The translations under genes and the position numbers were made by a program. A stretch of 64,000 bases of DNA from Opitutia bacterium. Its GTDB lineage: Bacteria > Verrucomicrobiota > Verrucomicrobiia > Opitutales > T3Sed10-336. The notes under the pieces were generated by a model. The model saw nothing but the letters and a program-made list of their open reading frames with translations. It did no database searches and was not told the DNA's origin. Location: NCBI GenBank assembly GCA_050506795.1, contig JBJHCF010000001.1, positions 192,001 to 256,000 on the forward strand. Reading direction: 5' to 3'. Shown piece after piece: positions 10,315 through 20,560 of the stretch; the first letter of the stretch is position 1, and each line of letters opens with the position of its first letter.

Positions 10315-10770
10315 ATGCCTCTGAATCTGTGCGCCGCTCTGGTCGGAGCATTGGATTTTGTCAGTGACGAGGATGGCCTGTTGACGGGAGCCGATTTGGC
10401 GATTCTCGGGGTTCAACCGGCATTGCCATCACTTGCCCGCGTGGTCCTGAAGCAGGGGCGACAGCGGTTGCCGATGAGTGGCCGGGATGTGGCATCGTCG
10501 AAGAATTTCCGTGAAGCGTCAGTTCTTTTGCTCAAAGCCGAAGGTCTGGGCAGGGGAGAGCTCTTCCTTAAATGTTGGGCGCCGGAATCGGGAGACTTCG
10601 GTTCGGTCCGGGTCGGGGGGATCGATCCCTTTTGGCTGGCAGGGGAGAACCCGGGGCGGGTGTCTCAGGATACCATCCTGTTTGACCTCGATTCCATTGT
10701 GGCGTTTCCCCGTTTCGCTGCCTTGGAATGGGAGCTGCGAGCTGACAACGGACAGAACGACAAGGCGTGA
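10315..10770 (+). CDS. Hypothetical protein
   Basis: Distal part of ORF 10081-10770; protein-like composition and fills the gap; start uncertain. Confidence 0.4.
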   Translation: MPLNLCAALVGALDFVSDEDGLLTGADLAILGVQPALPSLARVVLKQGRQRLPMSGRDVASSKNFREASVLLLKAEGLGRGELFLKCWAPESGDFGSVRVGGIDPFWLAGENPGRVSQDTILFDLDSIVAFPRFAALEWELRADNGQNDKA

Positions 10771-10820
10771 AGCCGGGTTTTTCCTTGCCATCCGGCGGGT
10801 ACCGGTGATGGCTTGATTCG

Positions 10821-11015
10821 ATGACCAAGCGAAAAATGAAGTTTATTCTCGCCGGGGTTCTGGCAGCCCTGGTGTTGGTGTTGGTCTTGCAGAACAGTCA
10901 CAATACCCCGGTGAGTTTTCTCTTCTGGAGTCGCTCGATGCCAACGCTGGTGGTGATCCTGGGCCCTTTTGTGATCGGATTTTTCGTTGGTCGTTTGCTT
11001 GCCTGGAGGCGTTGA
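10821..11015 (+). CDS. LapA / DUF1049 family small membrane protein
   Basis: TM helix - LQN...V.FLFW - TM helix pattern. Confidence 0.7.
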   Translation: MTKRKMKFILAGVLAALVLVLVLQNSHNTPVSFLFWSRSMPTLVVILGPFVIGFFVGRLLAWRR

Positions 11016-11051
11016 ATCGGTCCGTCTCGATCGCGTTTTGTTCTTACTCCG

Positions 11052-11465
11052 ATTAAAGGGACACTCCTTCGACTGGCGTTTATATCCCTTTCTCTGGTTT
11101 TTACGGCCTGTAAAGCCGGCCTGAATTCGGAATCGCCTCCGGTTCGGACGGTTCCGATCAACGAGGGTTGGTCGCGTAATTCGGTGAACGCTGTTATTTT
11201 TCGCGCCCACGCCGTGACCACTCACGAAGAAACCCAATACGCTTCCTGCTGCGACGATGACGGCCGCGTGATTCTCGCCCGCAGGACATTGGGAGACAGC
11301 GATTGGGAGGTGCACGATACCGGGTTTCGCGGTAATACTCGCGATGCGCACAACGCAATATCCATCGCCGTGGACGGCGCCGGGTACGTCCACCTGTCAT
11401 GGGACCATCGCGGGCACCCGTTGACTTTCCGTCCCGGAGTTCCCGAGTCTCCAATCTCCGCCTGA
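11052..11465 (+). pseudogene. Truncated BNR-repeat (BNR_4 family) lipoprotein remnant
   Basis: GWSRNSVNAVIFR...DAHNAISIAVDGAGYVHLSWDH is the family N-terminus; the frame begins ATT-AAA-GGG with lipobox VFTAC but has no ATG, and stops after ~137 codons. Confidence 0.7.
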
Positions 11466-11475
11466 GTAAACCGAT

Positions 11476-12870
11476 TTAGTCTTCGGTCTTGTGATGTTTC
11501 CCAATGCCGAAGGCCTCGAACCCGATTTCACGCAGGACTTTCAGATCGAGGATATTGCGGCCGTCAAAAAGAAAAGCCGGTTTCCGCATGCTCTCGTGGA
11601 TTCGCCGGTAGTCCAGTTCGCGAAAGACGTCCCATTCGGTGAGCACCAGAATGGCGTGGGCGTCTCTGGCGGCCTCGTAAGGATCATTGCAAATTTCGAT
11701 GCGGGCATTCCCCTTGGCCTCCTGAGCGGATTCGGGTGGGTGGTTCAGCGTGCGTCGAATTTCCTCGGGCGCGACTTTCGGATCGTAAATGGCGAGTGCG
11801 GCATGTTCGTCCAGGAGATCGCGACAGACGTATATCGCGGCGGATTCGCGGGTGTCGTTGGTGTCCTTCTTGAAAGCATAACCCAGAACCGCGATTTTCT
11901 TCCCGGAAACCGTGTTGAAGAGGGTTTTGACCACCTTTTCGGAGAAGCGCTTTTTCTGGTGATCGTTCATAAAAACCACCTGCTCCCAGTAGTCCGCGAC
12001 CTCGGGCAGTCCAAAATGTCGGCACAGGTAAACCAGATTCAGAATATCCTTCTGGAAACACGAACCTCCGAACCCGACGGACGCCTTGAGAAAACGTGGC
12101 CCAATACGTTGGTCCCGGCCGATTGAGGCCGCGACCTCGTCCACGTCGGCGCCCGTGGCTTCGCAAAGCTCGGAAATGGCGTTGATGGAGGAGATGCGTT
12201 GAGCCAGAAACGCGTTGGCCGTCAGTTTGGAAAGCTCCGACGACCAGAGATTGGTGGTGACGATCTTTTCGCGCGGCACCCAGTTGGCGTAGACGGAGAC
12301 CAGGGCCTGCACCGCCTCCTGTCCCTCGGGGGATTCGTCGCCGCCAATCAGCACCCGATCCGGGTTGTGCAGGTCGTTAACCGCGGTTCCTTCCGCCAGG
12401 AATTCCGGGTTGGAGAGGACCTGGAACCGGTGGCCGTTTGGATTGGCGCTGAGGATCCTTTTGATGGATTCGGCGGTGCGCACCGGCAGCGTCGATTTCT
12501 CCACCACGATTTTAGGGCCGTTGGCGACTTCGGCGATCCGGCGCGCGCAAAGCTCCACATAGCGAAGGTCCGCGGCCTTTCCGGCTCCGATGCCGTAGGT
12601 TTTGGTCGGGGTGTTGACACTGACAAAAATCAGATCGGCGTCCCGAATACCCTGGTCGACGTTAGTGGAGAAATACAGGTTGCGTCCGCGGCACTCACGA
12701 ACCACCTCATCGAGACCCGGCTCGTAAACCGGCAGGTCGTCGGAATTCCAGGCCGCAACCCGTTCCTCGTTGATATCAACTACGGTTACTTGAATTCCCG
12801 GGGCCTTTTGGGCGATGACCGCCATGGTGGGGCCGCCGACGTAACCGGCACCTATACAGCAGATTTTCAT
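11476..12870 (-). CDS. ugd: UDP-glucose 6-dehydrogenase
   Basis: [51 protein letters not shown]. Confidence 0.95.
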   Translation of the reverse strand: MKICCIGAGYVGGPTMAVIAQKAPGIQVTVVDINEERVAAWNSDDLPVYEPGLDEVVRECRGRNLYFSTNVDQGIRDADLIFVSVNTPTKTYGIGAGKAADLRYVELCARRIAEVANGPKIVVEKSTLPVRTAESIKRILSANPNGHRFQVLSNPEFLAEGTAVNDLHNPDRVLIGGDESPEGQEAVQALVSVYANWVPREKIVTTNLWSSELSKLTANAFLAQRISSINAISELCEATGADVDEVAASIGRDQRIGPRFLKASVGFGGSCFQKDILNLVYLCRHFGLPEVADYWEQVVFMNDHQKKRFSEKVVKTLFNTVSGKKIAVLGYAFKKDTNDTRESAAIYVCRDLLDEHAALAIYDPKVAPEEIRRTLNHPPESAQEAKGNARIEICNDPYEAARDAHAILVLTEWDVFRELDYRRIHESMRKPAFLFDGRNILDLKVLREIGFEAFGIGKHHKTED

Positions 12871-13066
12871 TAGGGATATGACAGTGACGATTTATTTGCT
12901 GAGGAAAAGGCAAAAATCGGCGCCCGATCGAAACGCGATCCTTAGCGAAAGAGCGGCTTTCGGATCGCGGAGCAAGCGAGTCGGCTTGTTTCCATATCCC
13001 CAATGATTTTGAGTTTACTCCCGCAAGCGAAGGGTTAATGTCGGCGTTAAATCCATCCATAATCCC

Positions 13067-14686
13067 ATGCGAAACCTTCTCCGTTCCCTCGTGCTTTATT
13101 CACTGGCAGCCTGCTGTGCGGCTGTTCCCGCCAACCGTTCCGGAGCGGCGGAAGCTTCCGGTGCCTTGCCCCGGGATGTAATCGCGGCGGTTAAGGCCGC
13201 CTCACTGAAAGAGCTTACCGACGATATCGTCGCGGTGGCCCGGCGAGTGGCCCCCGGCCCCCAGGTGGAAGCGATGCCGTTTTTGCTCGGGGCCATGCTG
13301 GGCGACCCCATGTTGCAGGGGTTGGAGGCGGGCCAGAATATCGGCGCGGCCATGGTGCGGGTGGAAGGCGATTATCAGCCGGTGGTCTTCGCCCGGTTGA
13401 GCGAGCAGAGCCCCTACCGCGATGCCTTGCGGGGCTACGGGATGGAACCCGGGGATCACCAGGGTTGGACCTTTGCCACCGTGTCGCCGCTGGAGCCTTC
13501 GGTCCTGGGTGACTTGCGCGATCACCTGGTCGAATGGGTGCAGGCGCCCCGGGTTCATGATTTGGAATTATACGTTAATGGTCCCGAAGCGGCCCGGTTG
13601 GTGGCGGAGAACGAGGACCTTCTTCGTTCGGAGATCCGCGGGATGGGTGCGGCGGAATACGAGGAGCCGATTTGGGCCCTGGTACAGACCGTAACGGGTG
13701 AGCTTAGAATCCTGGCTTCCGCCGGTATCGGCCTGGAAATCAGCGGCGAGGAAATTGTTCAACACGCCCACCTTCAAGCCCAGAACGATACCGCCCTCGG
13801 CCGGTTCCTGTCAGCCGACCACGCCGCCTCGCTGGCCCCGGCGGAGTGGTTTTCTCCCGAGGCTCCCATCGTTTACGTCAGTCGCATGAACCTGGGTGCG
13901 TTGATGGATTATTTCAGATATTTTCAGGCCAAAGCGGAAGTGGCCGGCGGGGACACGATTCGCAGTTGGTTCGAACCTGTCGTAGACATGATGGAACTTT
14001 TCACCCGCGACACCGAGGGTAACAATTCCGGCTATGTCGTTTTTTCCGATGCCATGCCGTCGATCGTTCAGATCTCCGATAGCACGGCGGACGATGATTC
14101 TTTGCGCGGGACACTGGAGGCCATGCTCGAAATTATGTCCCATCCGATACTGGCCCAATTTGGCGAAATGCCATCCACCGAGCTGGTTTCCGGCGAACAC
14201 ACCGTGGCGGACCAGCCGGTTTACACTTTGACCACCCGGGTGGGAGATGAGAACGATGTCTTTTTCGGCGAACCATTCTCATCCGAATCGCATTACGTGC
14301 GAGTGGGCGACTATCTGGTTGTGGCCGACCAGCTGGACGTCCTGAATACCATAGCCGGCGCCATCGTCGCCGACGAAAAACCCTCTCCCAATGCGGCGGA
14401 ATTGTTCGATCGCGATTCCGGGGCAGCCTCGCAGGTGCGCATCGACGGCGGATTGCTCCTTGGGTATCTCGGGCAGATGATGGCTCCAGGTCACTCTATC
14501 GAAGCCAATCTGCCTCCCGCCCGAGGAGAACTCCAGGTCAGGGACAATGCGGCGCGGTGGCGATTTGAGATTCCGACGGATCTGATCGCCGGAATCTATC
14601 GCGAGATCCAGGCAATGTCCGAACAGATGGAGTCCCAGTTTTACATTGAGGAAGAATACGATTTTGGTGAAGACCACCCGGAGTGA
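13067..14686 (+). CDS. Secreted acidic hypothetical protein
   Basis: 539 aa ORF with signal peptide; GTGA overlap with the next gene. Confidence 0.7.
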   Translation: MRNLLRSLVLYSLAACCAAVPANRSGAAEASGALPRDVIAAVKAASLKELTDDIVAVARRVAPGPQVEAMPFLLGAMLGDPMLQGLEAGQNIGAAMVRVEGDYQPVVFARLSEQSPYRDALRGYGMEPGDHQGWTFATVSPLEPSVLGDLRDHLVEWVQAPRVHDLELYVNGPEAARLVAENEDLLRSEIRGMGAAEYEEPIWALVQTVTGELRILASAGIGLEISGEEIVQHAHLQAQNDTALGRFLSADHAASLAPAEWFSPEAPIVYVSRMNLGALMDYFRYFQAKAEVAGGDTIRSWFEPVVDMMELFTRDTEGNNSGYVVFSDAMPSIVQISDSTADDDSLRGTLEAMLEIMSHPILAQFGEMPSTELVSGEHTVADQPVYTLTTRVGDENDVFFGEPFSSESHYVRVGDYLVVADQLDVLNTIAGAIVADEKPSPNAAELFDRDSGAASQVRIDGGLLLGYLGQMMAPGHSIEANLPPARGELQVRDNAARWRFEIPTDLIAGIYREIQAMSEQMESQFYIEEEYDFGEDHPE

Positions 14687-16272
14687 CCGCCGAACCTCGC
14701 TCGAATGACTTCGATGTCATTGTGGTCGGATCCGGTCACAATGGCTTGATATCCGCCGCTTACCTGGCACGGGCTGGAATGCGGGTGGCGGTCTTTGAGC
14801 GCCGTCAAATCGTTGGCGGAGCGGTTTGCACTGAGGATGATCTCATTCCGGGGTACCGGATTGATACCGGCAGTTCCGCCCATGTCATGATTCATCAGAC
14901 TCCGGTTTTGCGCGAACTGGAACTGGATAAGTACGGGCTCGAATATATCGAGATGGATCCCTTCGCGTTCTACCCGGGAAACGACGGTCATCCTTCGCTG
15001 TACTTTTATCGGGATGTGGAGAAAACGGTGGAAAGCATCGCCCGTATCAGTCCCCGCGACGCGGAGAGTTACCGCCGGTTCGTTCAAGCCTGGGGGGAGC
15101 TTAACGAGAAGGTTTTTCAGGTTTTTCTCAACTCCCCCACGCCGTTCAATATCATGACCAGACTCGCTCGCGGATCCCTGCGGGGTACAGACCGGGTGGA
15201 AATGGTGCGGCAACTGATGAGCCCCTACGGCCAACTGGTCACCGAATGGTTTGAGCATGAGTCGGTTCGCACCGCCATTCTCTGGCTGGCGGCCCAGTCG
15301 GGACCGCCTCCCGGAGAGGTGGCCAGCGGTGATTTTGCCGGTTGGCATTCCATGTACCACCGGAGCGGCATGCATCGTGCCCGGGGAGGCAGCGGAGCGC
15401 TTACCCAGGCGCTGAAACGGCGTATCCTGGCGGACGGCGGGTCGATTTTCGAAGGAGCGCCCGTCGATCGTATTCTGACAGAAAACGGGCGGGCGACGGG
15501 AGTCGAACTGGAGAAGGGCGACCGTTACGGTGCCCGCGCCGTCCTGGCCGCCTGTCACGTGCAGACCACGGTGAGCCGGTTGTTGCGCGACGCCGAACTG
15601 CCGTCGGCTTTGCGACAGCGGGTAGGTAATCTTCGGGTGGGCAACGGGTTCGGTATGATCGTGCGTTGTGCCATGTCCGGATTACCGATCTATCCGGACG
15701 AACCGGTCGACGCCGAGGGGGTGAGTCCGGCCCACCGGGGATTGCAACTCCTTTGTCCCTCGCGTCAGGCCATCGACGATGCCTATGCCGATTACGCCCG
15801 GGGGCGGCCTCCCACCCGCCCGGTACCCCTGGCCATGACTTTCAGTGCGATCGATTCCACCCTCGCCCCAAAGGGGAAACACACCCTTTTTGTCTGGGGG
15901 CAATATCATCCTTATGAACTCCGGAATGGAGAGGACTGGGACTCAATCGCGGAACGTGAGGCCGATAAATTGCTGGCTTCGGTGGACCGTTTCGCGCCGG
16001 GCACCCGGGAAAAAGTGATCGACCGCGTCATCCAGACCCCGCTGGACATCGAGCGCCGGTTCGGCATGTTGCGCGGCAATGTCATGCACCTGGAAATGAG
16101 TCTCGATCAAATGTTTACCTTTCGTCCGACACCTGAACTGTCCGGGTACCGGATGCCCCTGCTCGGTCTGTACCTGACCGGCGCCAGCACTCATCCCGGA
16201 GGCGGCGTCTGGGGGGCCAGCGGCTACAACGCAGCCCGGGTCATGCTTCGAGACCGCCGAAAGTGGAAGTAG
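14683..16272 (+). CDS. Phytoene desaturase-family FAD oxidoreductase, CrtO (carotenoid ketolase)-like
   Basis: VVGSGHNGL Rossmann motif, AAQSGPPP, RVGNGFGMI, GNVMHLEMSLDQMF and LYLTGASTHPGGG, as recalled from Deinococcus-type CrtO. Confidence 0.75.
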   Translation: MTAEPRSNDFDVIVVGSGHNGLISAAYLARAGMRVAVFERRQIVGGAVCTEDDLIPGYRIDTGSSAHVMIHQTPVLRELELDKYGLEYIEMDPFAFYPGNDGHPSLYFYRDVEKTVESIARISPRDAESYRRFVQAWGELNEKVFQVFLNSPTPFNIMTRLARGSLRGTDRVEMVRQLMSPYGQLVTEWFEHESVRTAILWLAAQSGPPPGEVASGDFAGWHSMYHRSGMHRARGGSGALTQALKRRILADGGSIFEGAPVDRILTENGRATGVELEKGDRYGARAVLAACHVQTTVSRLLRDAELPSALRQRVGNLRVGNGFGMIVRCAMSGLPIYPDEPVDAEGVSPAHRGLQLLCPSRQAIDDAYADYARGRPPTRPVPLAMTFSAIDSTLAPKGKHTLFVWGQYHPYELRNGEDWDSIAEREADKLLASVDRFAPGTREKVIDRVIQTPLDIERRFGMLRGNVMHLEMSLDQMFTFRPTPELSGYRMPLLGLYLTGASTHPGGGVWGASGYNAARVMLRDRRKWK

Positions 16273-16282
16273 GCGACGAAAT

Positions 16283-17458
16283 CTAGTACCGCAAAATCGC
16301 GGCGATGGGGGATTCTTCCGGCATGTTCTCCGGAGCGACCAGAAAAACCCTTCCATTGTGCTGCAGAGTGCGCAGGGCGGCATAATCCAGCAGATCTTTG
16401 CGGTCGGGACCATTGGAGACATCCGTTTCCACATCGAAACTCGTTTCGTCAAAGGTGCCCCATTGCTGGTGGTCCCGCAGGGCGAAGAGAGTGTCGATCC
16501 GGCCCTGATAGGCGGCAGGCAGAACGTCCTCGAATTGATCGAAGGTCTTGTTCTTGCCGTTGCCGCTTTGGCCCAAGGCAAGCTCCCGGTATCGCTCCGC
16601 GGCCCGATTCTGCTCCTTGCGGAAGTGGGGTTCGAGAATCTTCCATCCCTCGGCGTGCAGATCCTTTTCGTTGAGACTCCCGGGAGACCGTTTTATACCG
16701 CCATGCACAAGGTGAGGGTAGTCGCTGACTTCCTGGTAGATAGGGAAATAGGATTCGATTGCCGCCAGCAGAAGAGGTTTTTTCGATTCGCGGAGATATT
16801 CGTGCAGCGCTTTGTCGATCTGACGGAAGAAACGCAACAATTGATCGTGCCGTTGATCCTTTTCCCCGCCCTGTCCGTGGTAGACCGCGCTGTGCTGTTG
16901 CGCGCCGCTTCCGGTCGGACCCGCGACGTGGAAGTTGATCAGATTTTCGTAGTCGTCGTACTGAAGGGCCTCCGCCAGGGATTTGGGGAGCTCCGGTACC
17001 GTTTTCTTGCGAATACTGTATCGGTTTCCTTCGTACAGACTCACGTTTTTCTGTTCCAGCGCCAGGACGAAAAACTGATCGTCGCGGGTGTAGAGCGGCA
17101 TCAACGGCTTAAGATGGTAATTCCGCGCCGCCAGAGCAAAATCCTTGACCGGGTAGGGGAGTTGGTAGTGGCGGAAGTCCCCGGAGGAGAAGAAAATCGC
17201 CAGGCCTTCGGACTGGTGCTGCCAGAAATCGTAATCGTCGATCAATTTGCGAACCGGTTGCAGCAACTTGTCCCTCTCCGCGTCGCTCATCTCGAAAGCG
17301 TCGAGTTGCTTCTCCACCTCTTTGAGGAGATTCTTCAACTTGGTTGGATTCTGCAGCGTTTCCGATCCCGCACGATGGGTGCTCATGAAAAGTGAAACGC
17401 AAGGCGGGGCCACATCTTTAAGGAAGTGGTCGATTTCGTTTTTAAAGACGATTTTCAT
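16283..17458 (-). CDS. Bacterial archaeo-eukaryotic release-factor-like protein (baeRF3/7 type; Balon-like ribosome factor)
   Basis: CVSLFMSTHRAG..QNPTKLKNLL, GLAIFFS, FFVLAL, AAYQGRIDTL, C-terminal IAAILRY; start taken at MKIVF. Confidence 0.75.
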   Translation of the reverse strand: MKIVFKNEIDHFLKDVAPPCVSLFMSTHRAGSETLQNPTKLKNLLKEVEKQLDAFEMSDAERDKLLQPVRKLIDDYDFWQHQSEGLAIFFSSGDFRHYQLPYPVKDFALAARNYHLKPLMPLYTRDDQFFVLALEQKNVSLYEGNRYSIRKKTVPELPKSLAEALQYDDYENLINFHVAGPTGSGAQQHSAVYHGQGGEKDQRHDQLLRFFRQIDKALHEYLRESKKPLLLAAIESYFPIYQEVSDYPHLVHGGIKRSPGSLNEKDLHAEGWKILEPHFRKEQNRAAERYRELALGQSGNGKNKTFDQFEDVLPAAYQGRIDTLFALRDHQQWGTFDETSFDVETDVSNGPDRKDLLDYAALRTLQHNGRVFLVAPENMPEESPIAAILRY

Positions 17459-17514
17459 AGTATTGCTATACCAGGGTTCTATTCGGAGCAAAGGCGTTCG
17501 GCAAGCACCGCCGA

Positions 17515-18393
17515 TCAGTTTTTCCAGCAATTATCGAGGGTCACGATTTCCTCAAGCGAAAGGCGAACCCCACTCGCAGTCACGGAATCACGAATGCTTG
17601 CTTCCCGGCTTGCTCCCGGAATGGGAATAATATTGGGCGCTTTGCTCAGCAGCCAGGCCAGGACCAGCGCCTGCGGGCTCACTTCGTGACGAGCGGCGAT
17701 ATCTTTGATCTCGGCATGGCTTTCCCCGATCGACTTCGCTCCGTCCATGCCGTTGAGCGGGCTCCAGGGAAGGAAAGCGATGTTACGGGCCAGGCAAATG
17801 GCCAGGGAGCCGTCGGTCTCCGGTTCTCGGTGGGCCGGAGAGAAACGGTTTTGCACGCTGACGATTTCCACCAGTTTTTCCGCGTTTTCGATCTCGCTCA
17901 TGGTGACGTTGCTCAGGCCGATATGTAAAATTTTGCCTTCCGCCTGCAGATTTTTCAACTCGCCCAGGCTTTCGGCCAGGGGCACATTCGGGTCCGGGCG
18001 ATGGAATTGATAAAGGGGAATCGCCTCCAGTCGCAGATTCGTCAGGGAGGCTTCGCAGGCCTCCCGCAAATGCTCCGGACGGCCGTCTTTCTCCCAACGC
18101 CCTTCCGGCCGGACGAGTCCCCCTTTGGTCGCCACCAGCACTTTTTCGCGTGCCTCTGGAGCGGCCTCGGCAAGGGCTTTCCCGATAAGCCGTTCATTGT
18201 GTCCGGTTTCGGTATCGTCGAGGCAATAGGCGTCCGCGGTATCGATGAGATTCACCCCGGCATCCATGGCGGCATGGATCACCCGGATGGCCGCTTTCTC
18301 GTCCGGACGGTCTTCTTTGACCGAAAGAGGCATTGCTCCAAGCCCGATCGGGAAGAGTTCAATTTGCGTTCTGCCGAGTTTTCTAAAATCCAT
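17515..18393 (-). CDS. Aldo/keto reductase
   Basis: IGLGAM, IDTADAY, VATKGG, LYQFHRPD, GKILHIGLSN, WSPL, IPIPGA. Confidence 0.92.
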   Translation of the reverse strand: MDFRKLGRTQIELFPIGLGAMPLSVKEDRPDEKAAIRVIHAAMDAGVNLIDTADAYCLDDTETGHNERLIGKALAEAAPEAREKVLVATKGGLVRPEGRWEKDGRPEHLREACEASLTNLRLEAIPLYQFHRPDPNVPLAESLGELKNLQAEGKILHIGLSNVTMSEIENAEKLVEIVSVQNRFSPAHREPETDGSLAICLARNIAFLPWSPLNGMDGAKSIGESHAEIKDIAARHEVSPQALVLAWLLSKAPNIIPIPGASREASIRDSVTASGVRLSLEEIVTLDNCWKN

Positions 18394-18484
18394 GTCGACA
18401 CACTAATCGCTGAGGGAAAGCGAGGTCAAACATTGGGCGAATACGTCGTGGCGATTGGGAAACCGGTTCCGCCAAACCCCGCCA

Positions 18485-18943
18485 TTAAAGGGCCGGACCG
18501 GGTTGAGGCCGCCGGCTGAGCCGGTCCCGGACGAATCCCGGACGATCCAACACGAATGCCGCCGCCAAACCCAGGAAGATAAGAATATCGCGCGTAAGCC
18601 ACCAGAGGTAATTGGTTCCTTCCGTATCGGAGACGCCGAAGCAGCCGCAGGAAATGTTGAGTCCGCGAGCCCAGGCGGAGGTGATAAGCACGGCGAAAAC
18701 AACGGTCAGCCCAATGAGGATCAAAAGCGAGCCGGTCCGGGTACGCCGGTTCCAAAGGCCCGCCCCGCAGAGAATTTCCAGCCAGGGCAGATAAAAAGCG
18801 GTGGCGACCGCCAATACGTACGGCAGCAACCGGTACGATTCGATGTCTATCAGGAACTGGGCGGGATCCAGCACCTTGACCACCCCGGCGTATACAAAAA
18901 GACCGCCCAGAAACAGGCGAAGCGCCCAGTTAATGGCGGTCAT
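18485..18943 (-). CDS. MauE/DoxX family redox-associated membrane protein
   Basis: LRLFLGGLFVYAGVVK, LPWLEILCG, ARGLNISCGCFG. Confidence 0.85.
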   Translation of the reverse strand: MTAINWALRLFLGGLFVYAGVVKVLDPAQFLIDIESYRLLPYVLAVATAFYLPWLEILCGAGLWNRRTRTGSLLILIGLTVVFAVLITSAWARGLNISCGCFGVSDTEGTNYLWWLTRDILIFLGLAAAFVLDRPGFVRDRLSRRPQPGPAL

Positions 18944-19407
18944 CGTGAAGCCTCCGTCCAGGTTTCCCAACCGCCTCTCAGGACATGAACGTCCGGCGAT
19001 CCGATTTCCTCTCTGAGCCGCTCCGCCACCAGGTGACTCGCCCGGCACCCGCGACTGCCGCAGTAGACCACCACCGCGGGTTCATCAGCCATTATCCAGT
19101 GGTCCAGGAATTCAAAGAACAGATCTTCCCAATCATCCTCATTCAGCAGAATGGCTCCGGGAATGTGGTCTGCCTCAAACTCCTCGCGCGACCGGGCATC
19201 CACCCAAAGGGGACTCTGTCCCCATGCATCGACCATGGCCAGGGTCACTTCGCCATCGGTGGGCGTGTCCTCCGACCAGGACGGCGCCCCCGGATGCAAC
19301 AGTGCGGTTGCCGCCGCCGGGAGGAGGGGCAAAAGAAGGAGCAGCAGGATTTGCTTCCAGGGGAAATCTCTTCGGTTTTGCCACGGTTTTTCGGGTGCCG
19401 GCTGCAT
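18940..19407 (-). CDS. Rhodanese-like domain protein
   Basis: WVDARS..EF...HIPGA, VVVYCGSRGC, VLRGGW; N-terminal TM segment; ATGA overlap with mauE. Confidence 0.85.
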   Translation of the reverse strand: MQPAPEKPWQNRRDFPWKQILLLLLLPLLPAAATALLHPGAPSWSEDTPTDGEVTLAMVDAWGQSPLWVDARSREEFEADHIPGAILLNEDDWEDLFFEFLDHWIMADEPAVVVYCGSRGCRASHLVAERLREEIGSPDVHVLRGGWETWTEASR

Positions 19408-19481
19408 TGCTGAACCAAATCTGGTTGAATTCAGGCCGGAATGCAAGATTGGGTCTAGCGAGGCGTAGCCTCAGACCCGAA

Positions 19482-19530
19482 GTAGTGCACGCATCTTGCG
19501 TGCGAAATTCACGCTGGAAGCGTGAGCTAC
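19482..19530. repeat. GTAG-family REP-like inverted doublet
   Basis: GTAGTGCACGCATCTTGCGTGC and, on the opposite strand, GTAGCTCACGCTTCCAGCGTGA; each is GTAG plus a hairpin. Confidence 0.6.
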
Positions 19531-19550
19531 TGTTTCTCCGCATCCATTTG

Positions 19551-19711
19551 AAAAACCTGACTTAACTACAACAACTTTCGAGGTTTTAGGATTCTAGCCG
19601 GAATGGCGTTCGGTTATGGAAATTGTCCGAAGCCGCGGGCTCTGGTCTTTTGACCACAGACGAAGCGGAGCGTAGATGGCGGAGCATTGCGCAGAAGACA
19701 CAGATTCAAAG
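19551..19711. repeat. Copy 2 of the dispersed intergenic repeat (copy 1 at 3080-3224), abutting the distal end of the CRISPR array
   Basis: Colinear similarity to copy 1, with an extra ~25-bp insert CGAAGCGGAGCGTAGATGGCGGAGC. Confidence 0.85.
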
Positions 19712-19723
19712 GAAGTCCGCGTG

Positions 19724-20339
19724 GCTTCAATCGGGCCGCGCTCCGAGGAGCGCGGATACAACTATTTTCCATCCGGCCCCATCCTCATATTCTTGCTTCA
19801 ATGGGGCCGCGCTCCGAGGAGCGCGGATACGAGCCCGATGCCACAAGGAGGACTTTCTCCTGTATCCGCTTCAATGGGGCCGCGCTCCGAGGAGCGCGGA
19901 TACATCGCCAGCGGCATCCAAAGCGCCCTGCAGCGTTCGCTTCAATGGGGCCGCGCTCCGAGGAGCGCGGATACGTTTTTTCCATCACCCTCTACTACCC
20001 CCTCCCAACCTGCTTCAATGGGGCCGCGCTCCGAGGAGCGCGGATACGTTGCCTCCGGCGCCTGGTTCAGCCCTCCGGACCGCCGCTTCAATGGGGCCGC
20101 GCTCCGAGGAGCGCGGATACTGCCGAGCTTTATTCTTGGAGATAACAAACCAACCAACGCTTCAATGGGGCCGCGCTCCGAGGAGCGCGGATACTCGTCC
20201 GAATTCGGCGCTTATGCTACAAAGAAAACGGCTTCAATGGGGCCGCGCTCCGAGGAGCGCGGATACCCAAAAACAGCCCAAGACACAGTCCCACAACAAA
20301 GTAGCTTCAATGGGGCCGCGCTCCGAGGAGCGCGGATAC
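19724..20339 (-). CRISPR. CRISPR array: 9 repeats of 36 bp (GTATCCGCGCTCCTCGGAGCGCGGCCCCATTGAAGC) and 8 unique spacers of 35-38 bp
   Basis: Repeats start at plus positions 19724, 19795, 19868, 19939, 20012, 20085, 20159, 20231 and 20304; internal palindrome CCGCGCTCC..GGAGCGCGG; 3' ATTGAAGC handle; the only variant repeat is the distal one at 19724. Confidence 0.99.
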
Positions 20340-20560
20340 GGCAACTTCTTAAGTTGTTGAAAAGGAGGCGGATTCTCAAGCGTTTTCGCGCGGGGCTGGA
20401 AGCTGGATAGAGTATCGGTGATTTTGGGTGGATTTATGTCCAGGTTTAGGTTCGTCAAATAATTGAATGGCAATGATTGCGAGTGCCCACGGGGGCATTT
20501 TCACCACCAGGGCTCTCGCGGTTGCTGCAATCAATCTGTCAAAGAACGGCGAGGGCTTTT
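20340..20560 (-). promoter_or_regulatory. CRISPR leader
   Basis: Lower-GC non-coding region between cas2 and the first repeat, with GCGAG...CTCGC and TGTCAAAGAAC motifs often seen in type I leaders. Confidence 0.75.

Noticed and set aside
19623..20410. Several ORFs of 150-245 aa with repeated peptides (ASMGPRSEERGY, LQWGRAPRSADT)
   Set aside because: They are translations of the CRISPR repeats, not genes.
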